Part shown: positions 50,835-60,328 of the stretch, in pieces
Layout: each line of letters begins with the position of its first letter
How positions within the stretch are numbered: the first letter of the stretch is position 1
NCBI GenBank assembly: GCA_965223415.1
Contig: OZ245002.1
Span: 1,472,001-1,536,000 of the forward strand
DNA length: 64,000 bases
Source: Myxococcota bacterium
GTDB lineage: Bacteria > Myxococcota_A > UBA9160 > UBA6930
Reading direction: 5' to 3'
Position numbers and translations under genes: made by a program
Notes under the pieces: generated by a model
What the model saw: only the letters and a program-made list of their open reading frames with translations
Told to the model about the DNA's origin: nothing
The model's database searches: none

Positions 50835-52076
50835 TCAGGACCGGTAGCGGGGCTCGGGCACCGCGTGCAGCACCCATGCGACGGCCGCGAGCTGGAAGGC
50901 GATCGCCGTCCAGAAGACCGCCTCGTAGGAGACGGTGGCCGCCAGCACGCCGCCGACCAGCGGTCCGAGGGCGCCGACGAGCTCGCTGGCGGAGTTGGCG
51001 ACGGCGATGCGCATGGGGAGGTTCTCGCGGCTGCCGAACTCGAGCACCAGGTTCTGGGACGCCATCTGGAAGCCGCCAAAGCCGGCGCCCAGGCCGAGCA
51101 TGATCAGCACGAGCACCGCGGGCTCGTCGCCGGCGGTCATCAGGGCCAGAGCCGCCCCGACCCACAGCAGCAGGGACGCGATGAAGATCGCGCGGAAGCC
51201 GGTGCGGTCGGCGATCTCCCCCCAGGCCAGGTTTCCCATGCTCCAGGAGAGCAGGAACGCCATCGTGAGCGGGCCGAGCATGGCGGGGCCGGCGTCCGCG
51301 TAGAGCACGTAGAACGGCACGGACATCCGGCCCATCGTCGCGAGAGCGCGCGCCAGGAAGTAGCGGGTGAAGGCGGGGTCGCTTCGAAGGAGCGCGGGCA
51401 GCTCCGTGAGCCGACTGCCCACGCGGCTGGCACTGCGAACGCTCGGCGACTCCGGCTCGCGGATGAACGCGAGCATGGAGAGGCCGAGGGCGGTGAGCGC
51501 GAACGAGAGCAGGAAGGTCGCGGCGTAGCCGTTGCCGAGGGCGCCGATCTCGACCAGGTGGCCACCGACGCCGCCCACCGCCACCGCGGTGATTCCCGCC
51601 AGCGCGTTGCGCAGCCCCATCAGGCGTCCGCGGCGCTCGATGGGGATCACCTTCGACACCAGGGTGCTGAAGATCACCCCCTGCATGCCCATGAAGAAGC
51701 CGAACAGCGCCAGGATGGCGCAGATCGCCACCAGCGCGGGGGTGCCCGAGAGGAAGAACCCGACCAGCGCCAGGCCCAACACCTGGACGCGCATCAGACC
51801 GCCGATCCAGAAGCCCATCGGCAGGACGCGGCGACGATGCTCGATGGCGGTGGCGCCGAGCACTGGCGAGAGGAACATGCCCAGGGATTGGAAGGCGCGC
51901 GCTGCGCCGACGGCGATCGGCGTGCCGGCAATCAGCTCCACGTACATCGGGATGAAGGTCGGCGCCTGGATCAGGCGGAAGCCGGTCTGGCCCAGGAGAC
52001 CGTGGGCCAGGTGCGCGAGGTAGTTGCGACGCAGGTGGCGCTGGGCCTCGGCCTGGAAGCGCTCCTCGTCGTTCAC
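50835..52076 (-). CDS. MFS transporter
   Basis: About 12 hydrophobic segments, ERRGRL, WGEIADRTG; GTGA overlap with folC. Confidence 0.88.
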   Translation of the reverse strand: MNDEERFQAEAQRHLRRNYLAHLAHGLLGQTGFRLIQAPTFIPMYVELIAGTPIAVGAARAFQSLGMFLSPVLGATAIEHRRRVLPMGFWIGGLMRVQVLGLALVGFFLSGTPALVAICAILALFGFFMGMQGVIFSTLVSKVIPIERRGRLMGLRNALAGITAVAVGGVGGHLVEIGALGNGYAATFLLSFALTALGLSMLAFIREPESPSVRSASRVGSRLTELPALLRSDPAFTRYFLARALATMGRMSVPFYVLYADAGPAMLGPLTMAFLLSWSMGNLAWGEIADRTGFRAIFIASLLLWVGAALALMTAGDEPAVLVLIMLGLGAGFGGFQMASQNLVLEFGSRENLPMRIAVANSASELVGALGPLVGGVLAATVSYEAVFWTAIAFQLAAVAWVLHAVPEPRYRS

Positions 52077-53380
52077 GGCGCGAGCACGGCGCGGGCGATG
52101 CCGGCCAGGTACATCGAGCCCGTGGCGCACAGGAGATCGTCGGGCCCGGTCTCGGCCGACGCGCGGGCGAGCGCTTCGCGGGGATCCTCGACGCTGCGTA
52201 CGTCCGCCTGGGGAAGAGCCCGGCGCAGCTCGGCGCCCAGGGTCTCGGGCGCGAGCGAGCGCACCGGCTCGGCGCGGGTGGCGTAGAAGACGTCACCTTG
52301 GTCGCCGAGGGCACGGGCGATCGCGTCCAGGTCCTTGCCGGCGGAGACGGACACGACGAAGCGTCCCCGCCGATGGGGCATGTGCGCCAGGGCGTCGGCG
52401 AGGGCCCGGGCAGAAGCCGCGGTGTGGGCGCCGTCGACCACGATCCACGGCCGCTCCGAGAGGATCTCGATCCGCGCGGGCAGGCGGGCCGCCGCGAAGG
52501 CGCGCGGGGCGGCTTCGGCCAGACGCTCCAGCGGCAGCGCCTCCAAGCGCTTGACGCACGCCAGGGCGAGGGCAGCGTTCACGGCCTGATGGGCACCGGG
52601 CGTCGCGAGCTCGGCGCGAAGCTCGAGCTCCCCGTCGCGCACGTGCAGGCGCACGCGCGGCCCCTTCGTCTCGCCGACCTCGAGGAAGAAGTCCCGGCCC
52701 AACGCGACGAGGGGAGCGCCGACCTCGCTACAGCGCGCGCGCACCACCCGCGCCGCCTCCTCCGGCAGCCGGCCCATGACGAGCGGCACCCCGGGCTTCG
52801 CGATGCCCGCCTTCTCGGCGGCGATCGCAACCAGCGTGCTCCCGAGCTTTTCCGTGTGCTCGAGCTCGATGCTCGTGACGCAGGTGACCGCCGGCGCCAC
52901 CGCGTTGGTCGAGTCGAGGCGTCCGCCGAGACCCACCTCGAGGATCGCCACGTCCACCCCTGCCTCCGCGAAGAGCAGGAGTGCCGCCGCGGTCGTGACG
53001 TCGAAGAAGCTGGGCGCGTCCGGTTGTCCGCGCAGCGCCATGACCGGCTCGCGCAGCGTCGCCACCGCCGCTCCGAGGCGCGCGCCGGAGACCGGCGTGC
53101 CACCCAGCCGGAAACGCTCCGTCCAGCTCTCGAGATGGGGCGAGGTGAAGGTCCCCACCTCCAACCCGGTCTCCCGCAACAGGGCCTCGGCGAAGAGCGC
53201 CGTCGAGCCCTTGCCCTTGGAGCCGGCCACGTGGAGAATGCACAGGCCGTCCTGGGGATTGCCGAGCGCCTCGAGCAGCTGCGTCACCGGGGCGAGGGAG
53301 AGGCGTGCGCGGCGCAGGTCGGGCATGCGCTCGACGTTGATCAGCCCGGCCAGCCAGGCCTCCGCCTCCTCCCCGGTCAT
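52073..53380 (-). CDS. folC: Folylpolyglutamate synthase / dihydrofolate synthase
   Basis: HVAGSKGKGST, FTSPHL, EVGLGGRLDSTN, DGAH, TGSMYLAG. Confidence 0.95.
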   Translation of the reverse strand: MTGEEAEAWLAGLINVERMPDLRRARLSLAPVTQLLEALGNPQDGLCILHVAGSKGKGSTALFAEALLRETGLEVGTFTSPHLESWTERFRLGGTPVSGARLGAAVATLREPVMALRGQPDAPSFFDVTTAAALLLFAEAGVDVAILEVGLGGRLDSTNAVAPAVTCVTSIELEHTEKLGSTLVAIAAEKAGIAKPGVPLVMGRLPEEAARVVRARCSEVGAPLVALGRDFFLEVGETKGPRVRLHVRDGELELRAELATPGAHQAVNAALALACVKRLEALPLERLAEAAPRAFAAARLPARIEILSERPWIVVDGAHTAASARALADALAHMPHRRGRFVVSVSAGKDLDAIARALGDQGDVFYATRAEPVRSLAPETLGAELRRALPQADVRSVEDPREALARASAETGPDDLLCATGSMYLAGIARAVLAP

Positions 53381-53433
53381 GGGGCCCTCCACCCTCTTCG
53401 ACGTCCTACGACGTCTCCCGTGGCTCCAACGCA

Positions 53434-53463
53434 ACGAGGCGGCCCGTGCTCGGACCGCCTCGT
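53434..53463 (-). terminator. Hairpin downstream of the small Cys-rich ORF
   Basis: ACGAGGCGGCCCG-TGCT-CGGACCGCCTCGT. Confidence 0.55.
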
Positions 53464-53486
53464 GGAACTCCGATCGATCGGCGCGT

Positions 53487-53813
53487 CTACTGCACCATGT
53501 ACTTCTTCCACGAGCGATAGTTCTTGACCGCCGTGCTGGTGCTCTCGACCGCCGGGTAGTAGTAGCGCACCGCGTGGCCGCAGGTATCGCAGATCCTGTA
53601 ACAGAACTTGAACCCGTCGACTTCGCGGACCTGCCCGACCGAGGTGCGGTTCTCGTCGGTGCAGCAGCGCGAGGGCTGCGTGGGCGACACGATCTTCTTC
53701 GGGTAGTCGTTCTTCGGCTTCTCGTCGTCCGAGTAGCGGATGATGTTCTTGACGATGCGGTTCTTCTTGTCATCCGCGTTCTGCTTCCGAATGTTGCTGC
53801 CGATCCGTCTCAA
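53487..53813 (-). CDS. Small basic Cys-containing hypothetical protein (108 aa)
   Basis: GAGGA SD + TTG overlapping the NRDE stop; strong GC3 bias; SRCC...ICDTCGH. Confidence 0.75.
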   Translation of the reverse strand: MRRIGSNIRKQNADDKKNRIVKNIIRYSDDEKPKNDYPKKIVSPTQPSRCCTDENRTSVGQVREVDGFKFCYRICDTCGHAVRYYYPAVESTSTAVKNYRSWKKYMVQ

Positions 53814-54601
53814 GACAGGTTCCTCGTCATGGCCCCGGGAAGCGTGCCGGCCGTCCGGTCCAGCTCGCCCAGGAGCGGGGTCAAGTCTTCGTAGCTCGCC
53901 GTGCACGGCGCACCGTTCGCGTAGAGGAGGCGGTCCCCTTCGCGCCGGCGACCGCGCACGAACAAGGTGGAGCTGCGGGTGCCGTAACCTCCCGCATGGA
54001 TGCAAGTGGCCTCGAAGGGCGTCCGGGTGTCGCCTTCGGGCACGTGCATGCGCAGGATGTGTGCAAGTGCGTCGAGCACGCCCTCGGAGCTGCCGGCGGC
54101 GACCGGCTCGAGCTCCCCCATCAGGCGGCCGACCTTGGGGTGGGCGGCATCGTTCGGGTCGGCGTTGCCGATCACGTGGGGGCCCGGGGCCAGCTTCTCG
54201 GCGCGGGCGCCGCTCTCGAGCACGACCGCGTAGGCGGTCAGGCCGTCGGCCACGAACAGGTTGCACGGGTTGTGGGCGTCCCGAGGCAGCCCGACGAGCT
54301 GCTCCATGGCCTCCTTCGCGCTGGGCGCCGCCAGGACGTCGGTGACGAGATGGCCCCGGGAGCGGCGGGAGGAATCGGGGCTCGGACAGGGCCGATTCGT
54401 GAGCGCGGCGAACACGCCGGCGTCGTTCATGCCGAGCCAGGTGCCGCCCTCCCGCAAGTCCCGCGGCGCAAGCACGACGCGCTCGCCCTCCCGGCGCAGG
54501 CCGGGGCCTGCCGCGGGGCGGTCGTGGTACTCGTCCCGGTTGGCAGCGATCACGAGCGGCGCATCCGGGAAGCAGCGGTGGAGTGCCAGAAGGGTGCACA
54601 T
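53810..54601 (-). CDS. NRDE/TANGO2 family protein
   Basis: MCTL, ANRDEY, GGTWLG, SRG, YGTRSST. Confidence 0.92.
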   Translation of the reverse strand: MCTLLALHRCFPDAPLVIAANRDEYHDRPAAGPGLRREGERVVLAPRDLREGGTWLGMNDAGVFAALTNRPCPSPDSSRRSRGHLVTDVLAAPSAKEAMEQLVGLPRDAHNPCNLFVADGLTAYAVVLESGARAEKLAPGPHVIGNADPNDAAHPKVGRLMGELEPVAAGSSEGVLDALAHILRMHVPEGDTRTPFEATCIHAGGYGTRSSTLFVRGRRREGDRLLYANGAPCTASYEDLTPLLGELDRTAGTLPGAMTRNLS

Positions 54602-54673
54602 GCGGGGAGGGTCTCGGCGCCGCCTCGCCGGGCCCCCGGGAGGGCTGAGCGGGCAGCTGACACGAGAGCCGAC

Positions 54674-54701
54674 AAGCTAGCGAAATTCCCCCGGGGGTCA
54701 A
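54674..54701 (-). promoter_or_regulatory. Possible sigma70 promoter of the NRDE operon
   Basis: TTGACC, 16 nt, TAGCTT on the minus strand. Confidence 0.45.
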
Positions 54702-54712
54702 GCCGCCCGCCA

Positions 54713-54790
54713 GAATGAAGAAACGGGGCCGGAGTTAAGAATTCAGTTCTTGAGAACTGAATTCTTAACTCCGGCCCCGTTTCTTCATTC
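54713..54790. repeat. Perfect palindrome with 38-bp arms (REP/MITE-like family, copy 2)
   Basis: GAATGAAGAAACGGGGCCGGAGTTAAGAATTCAGTTCT-TG-exact reverse complement. Confidence 0.93.
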
Positions 54791-54793
54791 CGG

Positions 54794-56137
54794 CTAGGCA
54801 CCGACGACCTTGAGATGGGCTCCCTTGGCGGCTCCGCCGGGGGATTCCTTCTTGCTCACGCGCCAGCCGCGGGCGGCGCGGAGGCGGCTGGCGCGGCGGC
54901 GGGCCGTGGTGCGGTTCATCTCGAGGCCGTAGCGGCCGAGCACCTCGGAGAGCTCGTCGAAGTTGTTCTCGATCGAGACGCGCACGCTCTCGAAGCCCTC
55001 GCGGATCGCGTCGGCGCGCTTCCAGAAGGCGAGCGGGTTCATGCCGAAGAACTCCGCGTCGTGCTCGCGCGGCTCGAGCAGCACGATATCGCCCTTGAAG
55101 CGGGTGTCGCTCAGGTAGCGCTGCAGGGCGGCGCGCAGACGCGAGTGGAGCAAGGTGCGGAACACCTGGTTGATCACGCTGAGCATGCCGTGATCCGCCA
55201 GCGGCGCGCCCGCCGCGAAGTGTTCCTCGTCGTCCAGTCGGTTCAGGAACGGCCGGAACGGGTTGTAACAGATGATCAGGTCGGCGCCCTTCTCGATCGC
55301 CACGTCGATGTTCGCCGTGTTTCGGATGCCGCCGTCGATGTAGTCGACGCCGCCGATGCGAGCGGGGCGGAAGAAGAGCGGAAGCGCCGTGGAGGCCTGT
55401 ACCGCCTTGGAGATGGACACGTCCGCCTTCTCGTCGGGGCCGAAGACGACGCGTTCGGCGGTGTCGAGGTCGCAGGCGGCCACGTAGAGCTTCTTGCCGA
55501 ACTCGCTCTCGAAGGCGCGGAAGTCGTTGGGCGCGCCCATCCGTTCCAGGCTCCGGCGCAGCCAGCCCTCGAGCCGGCTGTTGTCGAAGAGGCCGGTCGG
55601 AACGTGGCTGAACAGCGACGGCACCTCACGCCGCGGCGAGACGTGCTCGATGAGCCGCATCGCCACCTCCTCGGCGCGGGTGTAGCTGGGCTTCTCGGCC
55701 AGCTTCCTCAGAGAGGGTCCGATCACCGAAGGGAGATCGGGAATCTGGCGCGTCAGCTCGAGGGCCACGCTCGGCGCGTAGGTGAGCACGTCGACCAGGA
55801 ACCGCGTCGGCCGGGACAGGAACTCACCGATGTTCGGGTTGTAGAAGTGGTGGGGCGCAAGCTGCTCGAGCTTGGTGCTCGTCCCCTCGAGCACCTTGAT
55901 CATCTCGTCGGGCTTCAGCCCGCCGGCGAGGGAGACCGCCAGGATCGAGCCGGCTGAGAGGCCGATGTAGGTGTCCAGGTCGGAGATGCGGCGATCGACG
56001 AGGTAGTCGTCGAGGGCCTTGAGGCCCCCCACCTTGAAGGCACCGCCAGAGACCGCACCGCCCGCGAGGACCAGGGCGACCTTCGGGTTCGCCTTGCGGC
56101 GGGTGCCGGTGCTCTTGCGAATCAGCGTCAGACCCAC
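54794..56137 (-). CDS. Patatin-like phospholipase/esterase, cytoplasmic
   Basis: LAGGAVSGG, GLSAG, YIDGG. Confidence 0.9.
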   Translation of the reverse strand: MGLTLIRKSTGTRRKANPKVALVLAGGAVSGGAFKVGGLKALDDYLVDRRISDLDTYIGLSAGSILAVSLAGGLKPDEMIKVLEGTSTKLEQLAPHHFYNPNIGEFLSRPTRFLVDVLTYAPSVALELTRQIPDLPSVIGPSLRKLAEKPSYTRAEEVAMRLIEHVSPRREVPSLFSHVPTGLFDNSRLEGWLRRSLERMGAPNDFRAFESEFGKKLYVAACDLDTAERVVFGPDEKADVSISKAVQASTALPLFFRPARIGGVDYIDGGIRNTANIDVAIEKGADLIICYNPFRPFLNRLDDEEHFAAGAPLADHGMLSVINQVFRTLLHSRLRAALQRYLSDTRFKGDIVLLEPREHDAEFFGMNPLAFWKRADAIREGFESVRVSIENNFDELSEVLGRYGLEMNRTTARRRASRLRAARGWRVSKKESPGGAAKGAHLKVVGA

Positions 56138-56467
56138 GATTCGGGTTCCTCCGCGGTGACCTGTTCACGATCGGCACGACCGGGCTGCTGGCAACGGATG
56201 ACACCGACCGAGCCGATTTGTTGCGCCGCGTCAGAATAGCCCGGCAGCGATCCGCTGCCCAGCGGCGATCGGGGGCGCCGGCACCTTCTCCCTCCGGCAG
56301 GTGCCGCTGCAACTGATTGAAATCATTCGCGTCTGATTCGGAGTCGGCTCGCCCCAAGGGAATGCTCGAAGGCCCCCGACCTGCCGCAACGCGTCGTGAG
56401 ACGGCCGACTGGGAGGGCGCGGGAAGTGCTTTGCGATCGCCCGGGCCGCGAGTACGATGAAGGTTCG

Positions 56468-57766
56468 ATGCTCCTCCCCAAGGCCGCCCTCCCCCCGCTT
56501 CGGGTGCTCTTCACCTGTGTCCTGGTGCTCGGGGTCGGCTGCGCCACCACCGGATCCGACGATCCGCCCCCGGGCCCGACGCCCACCGCAGGCTCTCCGA
56601 GCGCCGATCCCCAGGCCGACGACGCAGCTCCCGGCGCGGGCAAGCGAGCCCAGAGCGCCGTGGAGGGCATGCTGATCGGCGCGATCGTCGGCGGCCAGGC
56701 CGGGCCCATCGGCGCAGCGGTCGGCGGCGTGAGCATGCTGCTCTACGGCGCCATCACCGGTGAAGTCCCGCTCCAGGGCGCGCCGTCCGGCGGGCGCGGA
56801 GGCGGGCGCTACCCGCGCACCTCCGATGCCGCCGACGAGGCGGAGCTCGAAGAGGAGATCGAGCAGGAGATTGCCCGCCAGGGCTCCCTGGAAGACGAAA
56901 TCCAGGCCGAGCTCAAACGCCAGGAGGACATCCTGCGGCGCATCGAGCGCGACGAGGCGGTGCGTGCGGCTCGTGAGAAGGAGTCGGAGACGACCGCCCT
57001 GGACCTCGAGCGCAAGGCCAGCGAGACCCGCCGCGCGCCGAAGGCCGAGCCCCTGCGCGACCTGCCCGCCTCGATCTTCGACGAGTCCCGCCGCCAGGAG
57101 GGCGAGCGCGCCTTCAAGGTGCGCTCCCTCGACGCCGATCGGGACGGCGCGCCGGAAGAGCTCCGCATCTTCGACGACGCCACCGGGCAGCTCGTGCGCC
57201 TCGAGATGGATCGCGACTACGACGGCAACGTCGACGCCTGGAGCACCTTCGAGGGCGGAAAGGTCCGCGAGACACGCCGGGACAACGACGGCGACGGCAA
57301 GGCCGACGAGTGGCTCCAGTTCGGCGCCGACGGCCTCGCGACGTCCCGCGAGGTCGACCGGAACAGCGACGGCACCCGCGACGCGTTCTACGTCTTCCGC
57401 GGCGGCGCGCTCGTGGAAGAGCGCCACGACGCGAGCGGCGACGGAACCCCCGACCGCATCCTCCGCTACGAAGGCGCCCAGCTGAAGGTGGCCGAAGAGG
57501 ACACCAGCGGCGACGGCCGCATGGACACTTGGACCCACTACAAGGTCTTCGCCCGCCAGGAGATCGTCGACCGCATCGAGAAGGACACCGACGGCGACGA
57601 CAAGCCCGACGTCTTCGAGACCTACGAGCAGATCGCCGGCCGCCTGCTCCTCAAGGAGCGCGGCGAAGACAAGAACGGCGACGGCGAGATCGACATCCGC
57701 TCGATCTACGAGGACGGCAAGCTGAAGCAGCGCCAGATCAACGACCCGGCGCTGCTCCCGCTCTAG
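56468..57766 (+). CDS. Lipoprotein with glycine zipper, coiled coil and Asp-rich DxDxDG repeats
   Basis: Lipobox GVGC; GMLIGAIVGG; about 8 repeats of DxxxDGxxD. Confidence 0.8.
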   Translation: MLLPKAALPPLRVLFTCVLVLGVGCATTGSDDPPPGPTPTAGSPSADPQADDAAPGAGKRAQSAVEGMLIGAIVGGQAGPIGAAVGGVSMLLYGAITGEVPLQGAPSGGRGGGRYPRTSDAADEAELEEEIEQEIARQGSLEDEIQAELKRQEDILRRIERDEAVRAAREKESETTALDLERKASETRRAPKAEPLRDLPASIFDESRRQEGERAFKVRSLDADRDGAPEELRIFDDATGQLVRLEMDRDYDGNVDAWSTFEGGKVRETRRDNDGDGKADEWLQFGADGLATSREVDRNSDGTRDAFYVFRGGALVEERHDASGDGTPDRILRYEGAQLKVAEEDTSGDGRMDTWTHYKVFARQEIVDRIEKDTDGDDKPDVFETYEQIAGRLLLKERGEDKNGDGEIDIRSIYEDGKLKQRQINDPALLPL

Positions 57767-57825
57767 ACCGAGGAAGGCCGGTACGCGTTTCACATTTGCG
57801 AGACCGGCTCTAGGCTCCCGCAGGC

Positions 57826-58872
57826 CTAGACGGGCTCCCCTTCGATCACCGCGACCGCCCCGAGGGTCGGGACGATCCGGGTGAGCCGGAACCCGGACGC
57901 CTCGTAGAGCCCGCGGAACTCCGCCTCGGAGCGCTGCCGCCCGCCCGTCGACACGAGCATGTTGACGTCGTTCTGGGCCGCCCCCATCGAAGGCAGGCTG
58001 CCGTCGATGCGAGCCGGGTAGACGCCTTCGACGAGGAGCAGCTTCCCGTCGTCGTGCATCGCGGCCCGGCAGCGCGCGAGGATACGCGTGGCGTCCTCGT
58101 CGTCCCAATCGTGGATGACGTGCTTCAGGAGGTACGCGTCGGCTCCGGCCACGACGTCTTCGAAGAAGCTCCCCTCGGAGACGTCGATCCGCTCGGCCAT
58201 GCCGGCCCGGGCGATCTCGGCCCGGGCGCGCGCCGCCACCTTCGGCCGCTCGAACACGACGCCGCGCGGTCCCTCCTGGGCTTTCAGGATCCCGATCAGC
58301 AGCGCACCGTTGCCTCCGCCGACGTCGGCGACCGTCGAGAAGGCCGAGAAGTCGTAGGCAGCTGCGACCAGGCCCGCCGTCTGCGAGGTGAAGGCGGCCA
58401 TGGCTTCGTCGAAGACCGCGGCCTGCTCCGGATCCCAGCTCTCGTCGTCGAACGCGCCGCGGTCGGGCGCGTCCTTCCGGAAGGCCGGATTCCCGGTGCG
58501 CACGCAGTACTCCAGCTCCCTCCAGCCGTCCTGGATCCCGACTCCCGCGAAGAGCATCACGGCCGCACGCATGGACCCGGGGACGTCGGAGCGCAGGGGC
58601 TCGGAGAGCGGCGTCCCGGCGAAGCGCCCGTCGTCCTGCTCCTCGAAGATACCCGAGGCCGCCAGCAGGCGGAGCACGCGTCGCAGCGAGGGCGCGTGGC
58701 CGTCGAAGCCGGCCGCAAGCTCCTCGGCGCTGCGGGGGCCCTCGGCGAGCGCTTCGGCGAGCTCGAGTTTCGCCGCGAGGAAGAGCGCCCGGGAGAGATA
58801 GTGCCCCACCGCCATCTGGTGGAGCGCCAGCATCGGCGGAAGCTGGGCGACGGTCTGCGGGTTCGTCGCCAT
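57826..58872 (-). CDS. O-methyltransferase (dimerisation + Methyltransf_2)
   Basis: ADVGGGNG, GSFF, LKHVIHDWDD, GGRQRS. Confidence 0.92.
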   Translation of the reverse strand: MATNPQTVAQLPPMLALHQMAVGHYLSRALFLAAKLELAEALAEGPRSAEELAAGFDGHAPSLRRVLRLLAASGIFEEQDDGRFAGTPLSEPLRSDVPGSMRAAVMLFAGVGIQDGWRELEYCVRTGNPAFRKDAPDRGAFDDESWDPEQAAVFDEAMAAFTSQTAGLVAAAYDFSAFSTVADVGGGNGALLIGILKAQEGPRGVVFERPKVAARARAEIARAGMAERIDVSEGSFFEDVVAGADAYLLKHVIHDWDDEDATRILARCRAAMHDDGKLLLVEGVYPARIDGSLPSMGAAQNDVNMLVSTGGRQRSEAEFRGLYEASGFRLTRIVPTLGAVAVIEGEPV

Positions 58873-58874
58873 GG

Positions 58875-59285
58875 CTAGGCGTCGGCGAAGGGATCGTAGG
58901 AGCCGAAGCTCCAGACGTTGCCCTCCAGATCGAGGGCGCCGTAGCCGGAGCCGCCGTAGTCCTTGTCCTCGAGCTCCATGACGATCCGGGCGCCGGCCGC
59001 CTTCGCGCGCTCGTAGTGGGCCTTGCAGTCCGCGACGATCACGTACGGGCTCTGGGAGTTGCCTCCGACCTGCTGGGCCGGCTTCACGAACTGGCCCCAC
59101 TCGTCGTCGCTGGCGCTGCCCAGCATGATCATGCTCGAGCCGAAGCGGAGCTGGGCGTGGGCGATGCGGCCGTCGTCCTCGGCGACGACCATCTGCTTCT
59201 CGAAGCCGAAGGCCTCGCACAGCCAGTCGATGGCCTTGGGCGCATCCTGATAGCGAAGGGTGGGAACGATCGTGGGCGTGCTCAT
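58875..59285 (-). CDS. VOC/glyoxalase family protein
   Basis: PTLRYQD, HAQLRFG, DYGG, DLEGNVWSFGSY; AGGAGG SD. Confidence 0.9.
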   Translation of the reverse strand: MSTPTIVPTLRYQDAPKAIDWLCEAFGFEKQMVVAEDDGRIAHAQLRFGSSMIMLGSASDDEWGQFVKPAQQVGGNSQSPYVIVADCKAHYERAKAAGARIVMELEDKDYGGSGYGALDLEGNVWSFGSYDPFADA

Positions 59286-59357
59286 GGCGTTCCTCCTGGG
59301 TTGGAAAGGGAAGCCTAGGCCGAGGAGGCCGCGCGGCTCTTGTAGAAAACCGCCGCC

Positions 59358-59723
59358 TCAATCGGCCTCGGGAAGGCTCCGTGCGGGCAGCATCCTCCCG
59401 AGGAGCTCGGTCGGCGAGCTTCCCGAGAAGGCGCGGAACTCCTTCACCAGGTGCGCCTGGTCGTGGTAGCCGCAACGGAGCGCGATCTGCCGCTTCTCGC
59501 TCCAGCCCAGCTCGCCGGCCAGGTCGCGGATGCGGAGCGTGCCCGCCGTCGCCTCCAGCCGTCGCCAGGCGAACTCGAAGAACCGACATCGCTCCCGGTC
59601 GGCCAGCTCGCCCAGCAGGAAGCCGGCGAGCCGGAGGCGCGGGTCCGGCTCCCGCGGCGCGACCATCCACCCGCCGATCACCGGCGGGGCGTCTCGCTCG
59701 GGGGTCTGGGCGGCGGTCGCCAT
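59358..59723 (-). pseudogene. Internally deleted AraC-family regulator remnant
   Basis: RIRDLAGELGWSEKR is joined directly to QIALRCGYHDQAHLVKEFRAFSGSSP; the linker between the two HTHs and most of the N-terminal domain are absent. Confidence 0.7.
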
Positions 59724-59766
59724 CGCGCGATTTCACCCGAGGTCGACACGGGATGCAAGCCGGGGG

Positions 59767-60267
59767 TCACCCGGGGCGAGCGACGGCGAGCTGGTACCTC
59801 GCGACGTGGACGCCTCGGACCGTGCGGTCGCTGTGGTACCGGAAGCCCTGCCGCTCGTACGTCGCCCGAAGCCTCTGGCGCGTCGACTCGCAATCGAGGC
59901 GGACGTACCGGGCCCCGCGCGCGACCGCCGTCTCCCCGGCGTGGGCGAGCAGGGCCGCCGAGACTTCGCCCCCGGCGGCGACGCGCCGGACGGCGAGGCG
60001 ATGCACGTAGATGGCCTCCCCCGGCGAGGCCTCGGGCCAGAAGAGCTCGTCCGCGTCGGTCAGGCGCATCGTGCCGAGCGCTCTCCCGGCGTCCCAGGCC
60101 AGGACGAAGAGCCCCTCCCGGCAGTCCGGGGCGACACGATCGACGAAGACCTGCTCCGGGGTCCAGAGCGGCTCGCCCAGGTCGCGGAGCCAGACCGCCG
60201 CCTCGGAGAGGATTCCGGACACGATGGCTGCCTCGTCGGGCGCGGCGAGCTGGATGGCGAGCTCCAT
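59767..60267 (-). CDS. GNAT family acetyltransferase
   Basis: YVHRLAVRR, VRLDC, LRATYERQGF. Confidence 0.88.
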   Translation of the reverse strand: MELAIQLAAPDEAAIVSGILSEAAVWLRDLGEPLWTPEQVFVDRVAPDCREGLFVLAWDAGRALGTMRLTDADELFWPEASPGEAIYVHRLAVRRVAAGGEVSAALLAHAGETAVARGARYVRLDCESTRQRLRATYERQGFRYHSDRTVRGVHVARYQLAVARPG

Positions 60268-60328
60268 GCCGGCCGGAGCCTACGTCATCGGCAGCGGGAC
60301 CCGCAGAACGGCGCTGGAGGATCGGCCC

